Shown here piece after piece: positions 47,483-60,554 of a stretch of DNA of 64,000 bases; within the stretch, counting starts at the first letter, position 1; each line of letters starts with the position of its first letter. The position numbers were made by a program, and so were the translations under genes. The notes beneath the pieces were generated by a model. That model did no database searches. It was not told where the DNA came from and worked only from the letters and a program-made list of their open reading frames with translations. The stretch is from Auanema rhodensis (taxonomy: Eukaryota; Animalia; Nematoda). The stretch spans positions 5,828,001-5,892,000 of the forward strand of contig OZ059897.1 of assembly GCA_964057225.1 (NCBI GenBank), given 5' to 3'.

Positions 47483-50400
47483 TTATACTGAAACATCGGA
47501 GAATGCTCGATCTCGGAGATCATGTGCAGAATCCACAACTCCTACAGCCATATGGGGATTTACTAATCGTCGTAATCGAGCAATTTCTTCATGTGCCTTC
47601 TCTAATTCTTCAGTCAAACAAGATTGTCTAGAAATGAATGTTATAGTTTAATCTAACTATTACTATACTTACCTATCTTTCATCTTCTTAATATCTGTTT
47701 TACAATTCACATTTTGTCGTAATAAATCAGATCGATCAATATGAAGACGATCAATGTCTGGATGTGATGTATCTGATCGTTTTTGCTCATTTCCACTATC
47801 ATCTGTGCAATAGTTACAGGATGATCTTGTTGCTCTATTTGAAAGATCAGCAGATGACATTGATTCCTTAAATAAATTTAATTAAAATGTTTCAAAAATG
47901 ATTCAACAAACCATTCCTGTATCAGAATCATGCTCATGTTCAGGTGATTCGTTATCTGTTGATGATAAATCCCAATCATGACGACATGGGCTTTCATTAT
48001 GATGATCTTTCATGCTTAAGTGGCGGCTAATGATACGACGCTGAACTCCGCGAACTGGAGATACAGTAGCTGGTAAGGTTTCATCATCAGCTTGATCGCT
48101 GTTATCATCAGGAATTGGGCTATGATGGCGAAGGGAGCCAGCACCACTGGACGAGCTGCTCTTCGAATCTTTCTCCGATGTCGTTAAACGCTTAGGTATC
48201 TGAAAATCAGATTTCATTCATATTCAATTATTTAAATTTGGTAATGTGAAATCTCTACAATATTAGAAGATAATAACAAACCTGGAAGCTTCTGGCTGGA
48301 ACACACATCGACACAGCTCTTGATGGTGGAACTGTGTTAACTTCTTGAGAAACAGATCTCGATCTACCAATGAAGGCTTTCTTGACTGAGTTCAATAATC
48401 CACCAGAGGTTGCTTGAATAGCATTAGAATCGGCTGATTGAAGCAGAGGCATTCCGTAGAATTCAGCTCGTTCTTTCAAGCTTCCGAACAATGTATCCAA
48501 TAAGCTAGCTCTTGTTCTTTCAGCTAATTTGGCAAATTTAGCGCTCTTGTAGGCAGCATTCTCAGCATTGATCAATTTTGTCAACAAAAAGTTTCTGAAG
48601 TCTTGACCACGCTTGAATATGGATGGAGCAGGCAATGTTGGACCGAAGAATGGAACATCATCACGAGCAGCAACAGATACCTAAATAAGTAAATATTAGT
48701 TAGAGAATATAATTAAAATAGTAAATACAGTTATTTTGTATTTTATATGAAATACTTACTCTGTATCTAACACGATCAGTTAAAGGATCAATAGGTTGAA
48801 CTACAATGTAAGCATGTAAGAAGTTGCTTGCAATCATATCTGGAGCAAATGGTGTGTTAGCTTCCTGAAAAAAAGATCAATTTAAAGAAATAAAAAATAA
48901 AATATTAACCTGGAAAACAATGGCAACAATATCATTTCCAATATGACGCTTTCTTTGTAACTGTTGGCTATCACCCAGAGTGTAAGGAAGCATAGTTGAA
49001 ACATGGAACAAGCATTCACGTCCTCTGAATTCGCTGTATACAGCGTTTTGTCCAGTTTGTCCATGAACCGTATCCAATCCACCACGATATCCCTGTATAA
49101 ATAAATAGAATAATAGAATAATATTTGATAATACTAACAGTAAAGCCTTGCAAGTTGATGGTGTCTCCTATGATTTCCAAAAATTCATTGAAAGATGGAC
49201 TTCCATGAGCATTTCCGAAAAGCTCTTCTTCGGTTGTTTGACCACCCTTTTGATAAACAATACCAAACTTGTAAGTATTTGTAAGAACATGTTCATCGTA
49301 TCTAAAAATTAATAAATAAATAAAATATAATTATAATTATAATTTAATAAAAATAAAATTGAAACAAAGACATACTGAACAATCAGTTCAGACCCTCCAG
49401 GGAATGCAACTGGTGTGAAGTTTTCTGTGCTCACATCATCTAAGAGAATTTTAGCCATTCGAGAAGCTGAAGGACGATCAGCAACAACTTAAATAAATAA
49501 TTTATATTTTCTCAACAAAAGAAAAACAATAAATATACCTGATGCTGAAACAATTTCATGAATTGTTCCTTGCTTCGTTCGTAACATGATACGAAAATGA
49601 TCTTGAGATGAAATAACTTCTGTACGAACAGATAGTACAAGAGGACCAAGAACTGGGTCCATTGCAAAGAAATCATGATGTTCTCTGCCATAGAAATGTC
49701 TTCGATAACAATGACTTGTTTCATCAGTTTCTAACTTAAAACGAGCACAACTGTTCATACATAATCCCATAACCTTGAAAAATTACAATAAAACAAAATA
49801 AAAATATTTAAATTTAACCTCTTCATCAATAGAAATATTACTGTTACTAACACCATCCATCCAAAATCCATTAGATGGTAAAACGATTTGAGGATAAGGT
49901 CCAGTACGTTTCAAAATCTTGAAATAAAATAATTTTTAAATAATTATGATTTTTTATAGAAATATTACTAATGTCATGACTATTATAGCTTCAACCTTGC
50001 TGCCACCTCTGTCTCTATTTCTCCTATATTTTCTCTCTCTTTCTCTCTTTTTTTTACTATTTTGTGAATAAAATCATAAAAGTACATCCGACAATAGTTA
50101 TAACTTGAAGTATGAGTACGTATGTTTGGTCACAAGGAAATGATTGAAAGCCATGACAACCCGCTTAGTCATGTATCTTCTTCAATTGTCTAGTTGTTTG
50201 TATATTTATTTTTCAATGGTCACCTCTCAAAATTGTTATAACTATGACATTTATGAAAAGGCTATTTCAAGTAGTCAATAACAATGGCTGAACTGAAAGT
50301 TAGCACTTTTTTTTTCAATTTTCTTGGAAATTCAATCAGAAAACATCGAAAATTTTGAGCTTGTGATTAAAATTATTTTGAAAAATGGTTTGAAAAAGTT

Positions 50401-51204
50401 TTGAAACTTACATCTTGCATCAATTCTCTAGTTGTTATATTATCTTTTTTACGATCTCCATTTTCATTCTGAAAATTATAATTAATATAATAGAATAATA
50501 ATAATAATAAATATTTTTAATTATTTTAAATTTTTCCATGTGAGTTTATTTTTAATTTCCAAAAAAAAGAAGATATTTTAATGATTAACCTCTATTCTTT
50601 TTAATGTTACGGCTGAACATGTCGATGAAATGAGGACCGGAGAGCTCACTATCGTTGACATACTACGCTCAGATGTCTTCCGGCTTCGGAAGACTGACGA
50701 TAGTAGACTAAGTTTTCTAGTGGGTGCCGACAGTTTACGGGCAGGTAAGCTCTCCGTGGATGCCTTCATTTGATAACGTTCAGCTTGTCGCAGGTTTTCC
50801 ATGGCTCGAAGAAGTTTATCAGCAGCCATTAATTTGAATTCGTCTGCAGGAGCTAGTGAGGATCTGGAGTCAGATAGTTCCATCACTCCAAGACTGCGTC
50901 CTGTATCTAATGCAGCGGCAGCGGTTGTGAGGCAATCCATACTGACAGCTCTAGTAGGATGATGCTCACAGTCTGGTTCACGTATAGGTGTAAGTGTTGG
51001 TAAAAGTCGTGAACGACGTCGAATTCGACGTGCTACAGCTCCAGAAGGCAAGCCAGAGACAATACCAACTGCGCCGTACGTCCAATCGACATCTTCGTCC
51101 TCGGAACTGTCGATAAAGCGCATCCTGATGGCAAGAGGCAGCGCGTCTGAAGATGATAGACATGCTAGATGAGGAAAAGGAACAAATGGATAAGGGACAG
51201 CCAT
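47483..51204 (-). CDS. Rap1 GTPase-activating protein (RAP1GAP family); further 5' exons may lie upstream
   Basis: [75 protein letters not shown]...[19 protein letters not shown] (Asn thumb), [15 protein letters not shown], and a C-terminal coiled-coil-like end. Confidence 0.95.
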
Positions 51205-52576
51205 GGTCAAGGCGACCGACTGTCCGAAGAGTGACGAATGAACGATTATGACAAACTGTTAACAATGAAGAAAAGAGATGAAAATAAACACGGAGAGCAG
51301 GGAAGGTGAGCATAAGAAATGAAGAAAAACTAAAAATGACTACAACTGTATAGTATAGTCAAGAGGTTTAAGTAGTATATGTATGTACGTTGATGCATTA
51401 ATAAGGTATATTATAGGATTTTTTGAATTTTGAAATAGAAAAGTAACCAGTCCATAGCATAGTTAATGAAATTATATTTAAGAAATGCAATATAGGATAA
51501 TTTTAATTTATTAAAGAGAAGACTTTAGCGTTTCAAATAGAAAAATGACAATTTAGCTTGTAAACGAAACAAAAAATATTTTTTACAGGTGTTCAAACAC
51601 CTAAGAACATGAAATTGTTATAAATAGATATAGATTACATATATATAAACGTTTATTGAAGATATATGAATTCATACATGAGGATAACAGTGCTCTAATG
51701 TTCTATCATGTTCCCGCCTGTTTATGCAGCTTTACAGAGTTTTGGAAAAATAATTAAATGAGATGATTTCGAAAAAAGGCCAACAAGAATGGAGAACGGA
51801 TACAAATGTATAATCAGAAGCTTAGTAGAATATGAATAGAATAAAAAGAAAATATGAAAATATAGAATGAAACTTGACCAAAAAAGAGGAAATCATGATT
51901 TGCAAATAATCCGGGGGCCACTTGAGAACTAATGTTCCAGCTTGTGGTACTTGAGTGTCTTGAAGCAAATCGACTTAGAATTCTGATGACCTCGAGATCA
52001 GAGCTTTTACTTTGTTTATTTTTGAAAATAAAACTCAGTTTTCGACATTTTTTTACAAAAAAAAAAAAGTCAGACAAAAATATTTTTTGTTCTTGCAAAA
52101 GAAGTTAAAGATTTTGAATAAGAGAGAGCATGAGTATTAAAACAAAACATAGAATAAAGAGCAGAGTAAAGAGAAATACTCATTGAAATCAATTCACATC
52201 ATGCTAATCTAGATTTCTGATTGTAATTAGAGATTATACACTATTAGCCGTAAGGTAATCAGCATTAACTCAACACAAACAGCATAAGCATAAGCGATAT
52301 GCTCAACCCATTTCAACTTTAAAAATTCCAAAACAATATTTATATATTGTATTTTCTAGTTAAAGTCTGTTAAACTAATAATAAATGAATATTTGTATAC
52401 GTATTTGAGATGTGTGAAGGTTGAACTTCAAAGTGAATATTAGAAAAACACGTTATTTCCGCCAATTGTAGCGGAAAATGAGCTGAAGAGTATATGAGTA
52501 CGAATAGAAGGTAGATTGCATTCTTAGTTCTTTTAGTTGTTTCTCATACGAATACTCTATTGTATCCATGTTCTTG

Positions 52577-52598
52577 TCTCTCTCTCTTTGTTTCTCTC

Positions 52599-52635
<37 letters not shown>
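52577..52635. repeat. (CT)n microsatellite
   Basis: Imperfect CT run. Confidence 0.9.
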
Positions 52636-52637
<2 letters not shown>

Positions 52638-55600
52638 TCTTTACTTGTTCTCTGATTTCATCAGGACGTATGCATGTACCATCCATATTCATATACATCC
52701 TGAAGGTCAAAAACACCAAAAATTACAACAGGTGTATGTGCTAAATGGACAAAAAAACGGAAATTATTAGTCAGCACCTAGGATTAGTTGGAAATCGGAT
52801 GTTTGAAAAAATAAGACAACAATCTATTATGCGACTGACAGAAAAATTCAAAAAATGTTTGGAATAGATGTTCAAGTTTGATCGAAAAATTTGAATAAAA
52901 GTCAGATAATAGCAGATAAAAATGAATAAAGTCATCGAGGGTAGATGAAAAATCAGTGAAAATCAGAAATAATTAAAAGAAACTTTGAAATAAAATAAAA
53001 GAAAATCAGAGATATGTATGCAAATGATCAAAAGAGTAGAAACAATACGACCTGATTGAGAAGATGGCATAAAGAAGAGGGAGAGAGAGAGAGAAAAGCT
53101 ATAAAGAGAACTGGAATTATTGGAAAAAGCTCAAAATAAGCATCTGAAGATACGGATGAAGACTATGTCAGCTATGTCGCCTTGATGATGACCATTGCTA
53201 CAAGATATAAAACACTAATCATCTCAAAGAAGAATGACAAGGATGATGATGAATTGAAAAATCACCATCAGATATCTAGATGTTTCACAGCATATTCATA
53301 TAAAGACATGAAGATGTTGGGATGGAACACAGAGATGGTCCTGCGAATGAGACAGTGCATAGCATTATGACAAGACACGAGAGGCTGAGAAAGTGAGAGG
53401 AGCCAGCAAGAGATTGAAGGAGCAGTCAGATGAATAGAAGGATTATGCAATTTCATCTTAGCGCTCTTCACCCTCGCTTTCGTTCTCTCTTTACCATTTA
53501 GTCTTACTAATATTAGTGGCTATAATGGCTTCTTCTACCAGTCTTTAGGATACAAAGTAACAAAAGCAGTAGATTCAGAAGACGGAAGAAGAAGGAAACA
53601 GAAGAAGAAGAAGCACACATGTTCACATAGAGTTGTCGTTGTCAGAAAAAGGACAAACTTTCCAAGTTTAATTTGCATCATGTATTGTCCTTTAACTAAC
53701 TTCACATTTTGATTTCTGACAAAAGAACGGAATAATCAGAGAAGTTAGAAGATCTTTTGTCTGTTGCCATTCTTATACTCTTAGTAGAATGACAAAGTAA
53801 CACAAAGATAGATGTACAACAATTTCCGGGTTCCAGTTCATTTCTGATTTAGCTTGTTAAGGGAATTGAAGTTGAAAAAACAAAAAAAAATATCAAAAAA
53901 ATATGAAAAATACAAAAATAATGTTTGATAGTTAGAGTATGCTAAGAAGATATTTCATTGAAATGTGTTCAAATAGTAGTAGCATCAAACATATTCCAGA
54001 ATATAAAATATAAATTATTCACGAAAAGTAATAAATGATTGTTTATCGAATATAACATGAATAAATTAAGCCGAAGTACGAGTACTTAGTCAAATCAGGG
54101 TAAGCTGATTAGGTAGGAAGATTGATAAATCATCCGGAAACACCAGAAAGATATAAGAAAGATAGGTAGATAGATAGAGAGATAGAGATAGAGAGAGCTA
54201 GAAAAGGAAGAGAGTCAATATGGGGTTAATAGAACTACCTGTGAAATTAATTTAATAGTTTATAGAGAAAAACAAAGTGATCAAATAATATAAGATGATA
54301 AAATAGAATTAAGAGAGAATATTAATACTATTGCTAGCTAAATATTTGAAATGATGTACTTCTATTAAAGCAGACAAAACAAGGCGGGACCATCTATTAT
54401 TCAGAAAAAAGCATGTGTCAATTCAAAACTGTCTGGAATCATAGGGTATTTCCCCCAGTTTTTCAGACAGTTTTGATCATTTTTTCAGACAAAACATACT
54501 TCCGTCCGGTAACATTTTGGCAATTAGTTCTATGTCTGCTAGAAGAGACGTTCCAAACATTTTTTTTACAAAGGAAATGTTAAATCATCTCAATCAATAT
54601 GAAAACAAATTGTTTAAACAATTTCAAAAACGAGTTGTTTGTGTATATTTGAGCTCTGAAGATCATAAATTTCAACAAACTTATAGGTTCGATTATCATA
54701 TAGTTAATGGCAGAATTGAAAGAATTATCATAAATTTCATGAAGGTTTTACTTCAATGTTCAATAATCGGTGAGAGAGAGATGGCTCATTCTATGTATAG
54801 CAGGAAGACAAGTCTGTGGACATATGATCAGGCTAGAGAAGCAAGCATAGCAAATCAGTCACACAGCTCCCTTGCACTTGCCATAAGCAGAGAATTTGTC
54901 TGAGATAAAGTAGAAGGAGAAGAGAGATGAAGAGAGTAGAAAAGGAAAGTAAGCTGAAAGGTTTTCATTTAAGATACTCATTGAAGCATATTGTCTTTCA
55001 TATAAGTAACAAGTCAAATAGGCATTGACTTTCCAGCTTTCCGATAGAGAGAGAGGGAGTGAGAGATGGAAAGAGAGAATGAGGGAGAGCAACCACATGA
55101 TTCTAAGCTTGTAGAAAACAGTTAAAACTTTGTGTTACATTGATCATTCATACATATGATAAGTTGAATTTCAAATTTTTAATATTGACTGGTTTTAGTA
55201 GTTTCTCTATGGCCCATTGAGTCAGCCACCATTCAATCAAAATCAATCACTTGGCGGCTTATTTGGTCAGTCAGTCAGTCAGCGCCAGTCATTGAGTCAC
55301 TGTCCATATTGAATAGGATAGGTAGCTAAGGTAGAACATAGCTAAAATTGGCGCTTTTCTAGTTCATGAGCTTATTTGGACAGGTGTCTCCTATTCATTC
55401 CTCATTCTTTCACCAGTTAAAACTCATCTTTCAGATAATTGAAATGCATTTTGGTCAAGTTAGATAATTTGGGACAACCGAGTATATGGGTGACTGACTG
55501 ACTGACTGGCTGTAAAGTCTATAGATGTGCGTGTGCGGGCAATGATGTAAAGACTAAATTGGAAAGAAAATAAATGGAAAACTGAGAATACGAGGAAGTC

Positions 55601-58600
55601 AGAGTGTAAATGAGACGTTGAATGTTAAAAATGAGATGAAAATTAGCTGCAACTTGAGAAATGAACGAAGTGACGCTTTCAAAACTTGTAGATGCCAAAA
55701 TTAGGTTGATACTTAGGAAAAGGGAAAAAAGATGAAGACAAAGAGGGGATTATCTTCAAAATATGCTAACTAATAACTTATATGTTGATGTTATATTCCA
55801 TCAAATGATTTTACATGCTCAATAGCAACATGATGACTTTTTAAATCAAGATTAGCCATGCATTTGCCGATGGCTTAAATAGTTTGGAGGATGGTGCATC
55901 CCAACGGTCAAAAGAGAACCTCATCTTGACCGCTGTTCTCTCTTCATTTCTTCAATCTCTCTATGCCTCATTCTCATCTGCTCTTGTATTATTCTATCGT
56001 TCACTCTCTTATGCTCTTGTTGTTCTCTGACTTATTCCTCCATATCTCTCATCTAGTTAGTAGCTCTATAATGACATAGCCGACAAACTCAATTAGCTAT
56101 CCAGACATTCATTAGATGCCCTGTATACCATATAGAAACACAACAACATGACTCAGTCTAAAAACAACAAATAGGATAATACCATTGCTGGCTTGATGCG
56201 TGATTACTCTCGTATAAATAGTTCTTTCATGAGATGTCTCATTAGGATCTTGCTTTCAAACTCATGTTATAGAACAACCAACAACTGACCAATAACATGA
56301 AGTAAATAAAAGAAAGTAAATAACAAACTAGCTTGAATTCAATAAATAAAACATGAAAAATAAAATAAAAGTATAAATCCTTCAACATATAAACTTGAAA
56401 ATTGGAATAATAAGTCAAAGGTCACGTGAAAAGTTCACGGAAATAATATATGAACTCACGTAAAAACGTCAAGTGAACCGTTATTTGTGAAAAATAAACG
56501 GATGAGAACAGTTGCATAGCTTTACGTTTTTTGTCTAACCGATAAGAAATATAAAAACAAAAAAAGAGATAAAGACAATATACACAAATCAATCAATATT
56601 ATTTACAAAAATATTTTAGACGATTTTATGGAAAGCTTTTATGTGTCTATACCAATAAAAGTCAAAATCTTTTATACACATGTATGTTTGACTCTGTTAG
56701 ATCGAGTGAAAGGAAATGGCTAGTGTGTTCTTTCATCCTGATCATTGGCAAGATCAGGCTTAGCCAAGCTATAACACTACATAGAGAGGTGGAATTTGAT
56801 ATTCGAGGATATAGAGGTTAAAGAGAAGGAGAGGGGGGGGGGAGAGCGAGACCTAACGAATTCTCATATTAGCTAAGGATGATCTTTACAATGTCAGAAG
56901 AAACAACAAATACGGATTGAATAAAAGTCGGAAATATAGAAAAGAAGGGAATACTAGTGAAAAAGACATGTGAAGATTAATAAGCTTAAAGCATATGCTC
57001 TGGACACATTAAGGTTATAGATTTGTGCATGTGTGCACCCCAATGCTCAATTAAGATTTGTTATAGAACGATTGCAAAGAGTCATACACAGCATTTCGTA
57101 AAGCTCTATGGAAACAATGAAATGAAACCCCAATTTTGGAAAGAAAAATAGAAAGAAGGAATATTAGAAAGAAAAGAACAAGAGAGAGAGAGAGAAGGGT
57201 GAACATAACATAGAGAGAAAATGTGCTTGAAAATTAATGTAGAGAGGGAAACTGAAGTAGAGAAAGTGGAAGAGAGAGGGAAAAGAAAAGAGAGATATAG
57301 AGGAAGATAGAGAGAGAGATAGAGAGAGATAAAAGAAGAGAGAGAGAGAATAACGATAATTTAGCTTTTACAGAATGACGGTCATCTGGATAGCTATAAT
57401 ACTAATATAGCAATTAGATAGAAAGAGCTTGAGATGGTTGAAATAGATATCGAGTTGGGTAGTTCAATTTAGGAAAGCAAACATTTCCAAATAAATCTGG
57501 CAATCAAATTGGTTCAACTAGGTGAGATTTGTACAAAAAATTGAGAAGATAATTGTACACGAGAAATTGGCAAGTTGACAAAACCGGATTATAAATAATG
57601 AGGGAAAAAGGATGATCGAGAGATGTGCTTTAAAATATGAGAAAAAACAGAAATTTAGAATTAATTATTAATAGAAATCTTTTATAATTAAAATTATAAA
57701 AACAAATAGTTATATATATATATATATATAGTTATAAATATTATAAAAAGTACTAATTTGTATTGAAAAATGAAATGTTTAAAGCGAAATTTTGTGTGTA
57801 AAAACGATACAGATTGCTTACTTTTCGTCTTTAGAACGATTATTCGACAATTTAGTTACATATATGTATATGTGCATATAGTATTTATAAAATATAATTC
57901 AAGTATAATATTATATTTATAAAAATATAATAATAATAATAATAATAAGAGAAATAAGATATATATTATATGTATGAATGAATGACTAATACTATTTGTA
58001 GTGTTATTGGTAAAGGAAATGAAAAGCTGTTCAATTGATTTTTATATTTTTATGTCAAGTTCTTCCTTATTCAAACGATATAAAATTTTTTTTTTCTGTT
58101 GAAATCTTTAAAATAACAAATATTGATTGCTGAGCCTCCAAGAATTCAGATGAAGAGGAAGACGATGAAGAAGGAGAAAAGTGACAGATGAGATATATAA
58201 TAAGTACAAAGAAGAGAAAGAAGAGAATGGAATTAATTACCATCCCGAAAACCGTAACCCATCCGTCCCGTTTAAAGGATGATGAGATCCAAGAAAAAGC
58301 AGAAATCGAGGATTAAAACAAGAAACTAGCTTCCTAATCAAGAAGATTGAGATATTTCTCGAAGTCACATATTTTTCTTCTTGATGAATCTAGGTAACTA
58401 AATCATTAGATGAAAAAGAAATTAACAAGAGTTAGAAAGAGACTAAGAGACATACTAAAAGAGAGAGAGAGAATAGAGAGAGGGAAGGGATGAGAATATT
58501 ACGGTTAACAAGGAATAGTATGAGGTAAAACAACAAAGAAGAAACGGTAAACGCATGTATCGGAGATAACTTGCTTCTTCAATTAGATGTTTTACAATGA

Positions 58601-60503
58601 AAAGAAGAAAAAGAAATGTATTAACAACACTTTCATTTTTAAAATTAATTGTCTATTGTATAAGAAAAAAAAATAAGAAATGTAAAGTTAATACTTCAAA
58701 ATAGAAATTCATTTGTTTTGAATAAATAAAATATGAAAAGAATATAAAAAATATATTTTATTAACAAGTCTTCTTAGTCCTCATTCAAGTTTTCAACGTA
58801 TAAACTATGCGGAACATGGTGAATTTCTTTTTTTCCGGAAAAGAAAATTTGAAAGAAAGCAAAAAGTACCTGTAGGGGGGGAATAAATGATCAATTTTGA
58901 CTTAATTGTTCATCCAATTGATCGTGAATGTGAATAGACAACTATGATTCGTTATCAAATTATAACGAAAGATTACGTTAAATTTGGATTATTGAAAGCA
59001 AAAACTGAAAATGAGTAGAGAGCAGAATGAGATAGAATATAGGAATACAGCTCGAAATTATTTAAAATCTCAAACTTGAATGAATAAATTGCATTATACT
59101 ATTCTAAAATCTGATGATATGAGGATAGAATTGATTGGAAATAAACATTTTTTTTGTTAGAAAACAAAAACGAGATAAAGATGATTCAATCAAGACTAGA
59201 GCTAAATGAATTGAGAATCGGAGCATTTTTTTTCCTCAGAAACTAGCACATATCAAATTGCTGCCCTGATTTATATGACAAATAGAATAACAGAAGATGA
59301 CATTCATTCGAAAATCTTTTTTTTTTTTGCCATTACTTGTCTTGAGAGATGAAGGTCGTGAGAGTAGCCTCAATAATATAGAATGACCTAAGCTTAAATT
59401 ATACTTTGTAAGGTCAAATATAAAAAAAAAGATGTAAAGTAAGTAAATACAAGTAGTTTGTATATATTGCATAGTTAAGATAGAGTTTGAGTAAAAAAAG
59501 CTTTCTGTTGAATGTGATTAGAAAGCATCAAACAGCATCTAACCCTTCCATCTTTCTAATTGGCATTCATAATTTAATTCTTGATGTGGAGGCGAACATA
59601 AAGAAAACGAAAGTTAAAAGCTGTCAATTATAAAGAAAAGAGGGGAGGGGTTGACATCTTAACGAAACCAATGAGTATATAAGCTTGTCACAAAACTGAA
59701 AATGAACATTTCTTCTTACTTAAATGAATGTTGTAACAGTCAAATTTAGAATAATGATGATAAGAGTTGTCAATTGAAAAAAATCTTCAAGAAACTGTAT
59801 ATTTCACAGATTAATTTTTCATTCATTTAAGATTTTGTATGTTGGCTTGGAAAGGTAAAGCTGAAACAAGTTATTCAGATCACTCACTCCTAGTCTTCAT
59901 CTATGATGATGGACATACAAGAAATACATGGAAATTGCTTGTACTACCTACTGTGAAGAGTGAATTTTGAGGCAAACTGGGATGAACAATCGTCTAGGTA
60001 ATTGGTCGCCGGTAGCAAAATGTTCACAGAGATTGAAAAGTAAATAGGAATAGGTAGTACTAGCCAATAGTCCGAGCAATCAGTTTCACATGTCATTCAT
60101 AGAAGGGTCAGAATACTGCAATTGTTTGAAAGGAAATATAACAAGATTATCGTAATAGCTGAAGGAATCCAGAAAAAAAGGAATAAAAACTTTGAAAATG
60201 GTAGACCATGGAGACGATTGACTTGAACAACTGAAGTGAATGAGTGGAAAGAAGAAGATGGAGGAGGAGGAATGACGGGAAGGATGAAGATAGTCAATCT
60301 ATATGAAAACAGAACACTTATTTGGAGAAAATGCTGCTTTGCAAGCATTGTGATAGCAAATTTTTAATTTTCTACATCTACATCGAAACTAAAAATTCAA
60401 TTTGCACTATTATGGTCATATAATTGTTAAAGGAGAGAAGTAAGCGACTTGACTGTCATTGGTCGTCTTCAAACGAGTTTCTACTACCCATATCACATAC
60501 TAT

Positions 60504-60506
<3 letters not shown>

Positions 60507-60554
<48 letters not shown>
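60507..60554. repeat. (CT)n microsatellite
   Basis: CT run. Confidence 0.9.

Noticed and set aside
54230-58875. Recursive-splicing AG|GT sites on the minus strand (~54240, ~58870)
   Set aside because: CAGGT-type matches are expected by chance in 13 kb, and it is unproven that the region is an intron.
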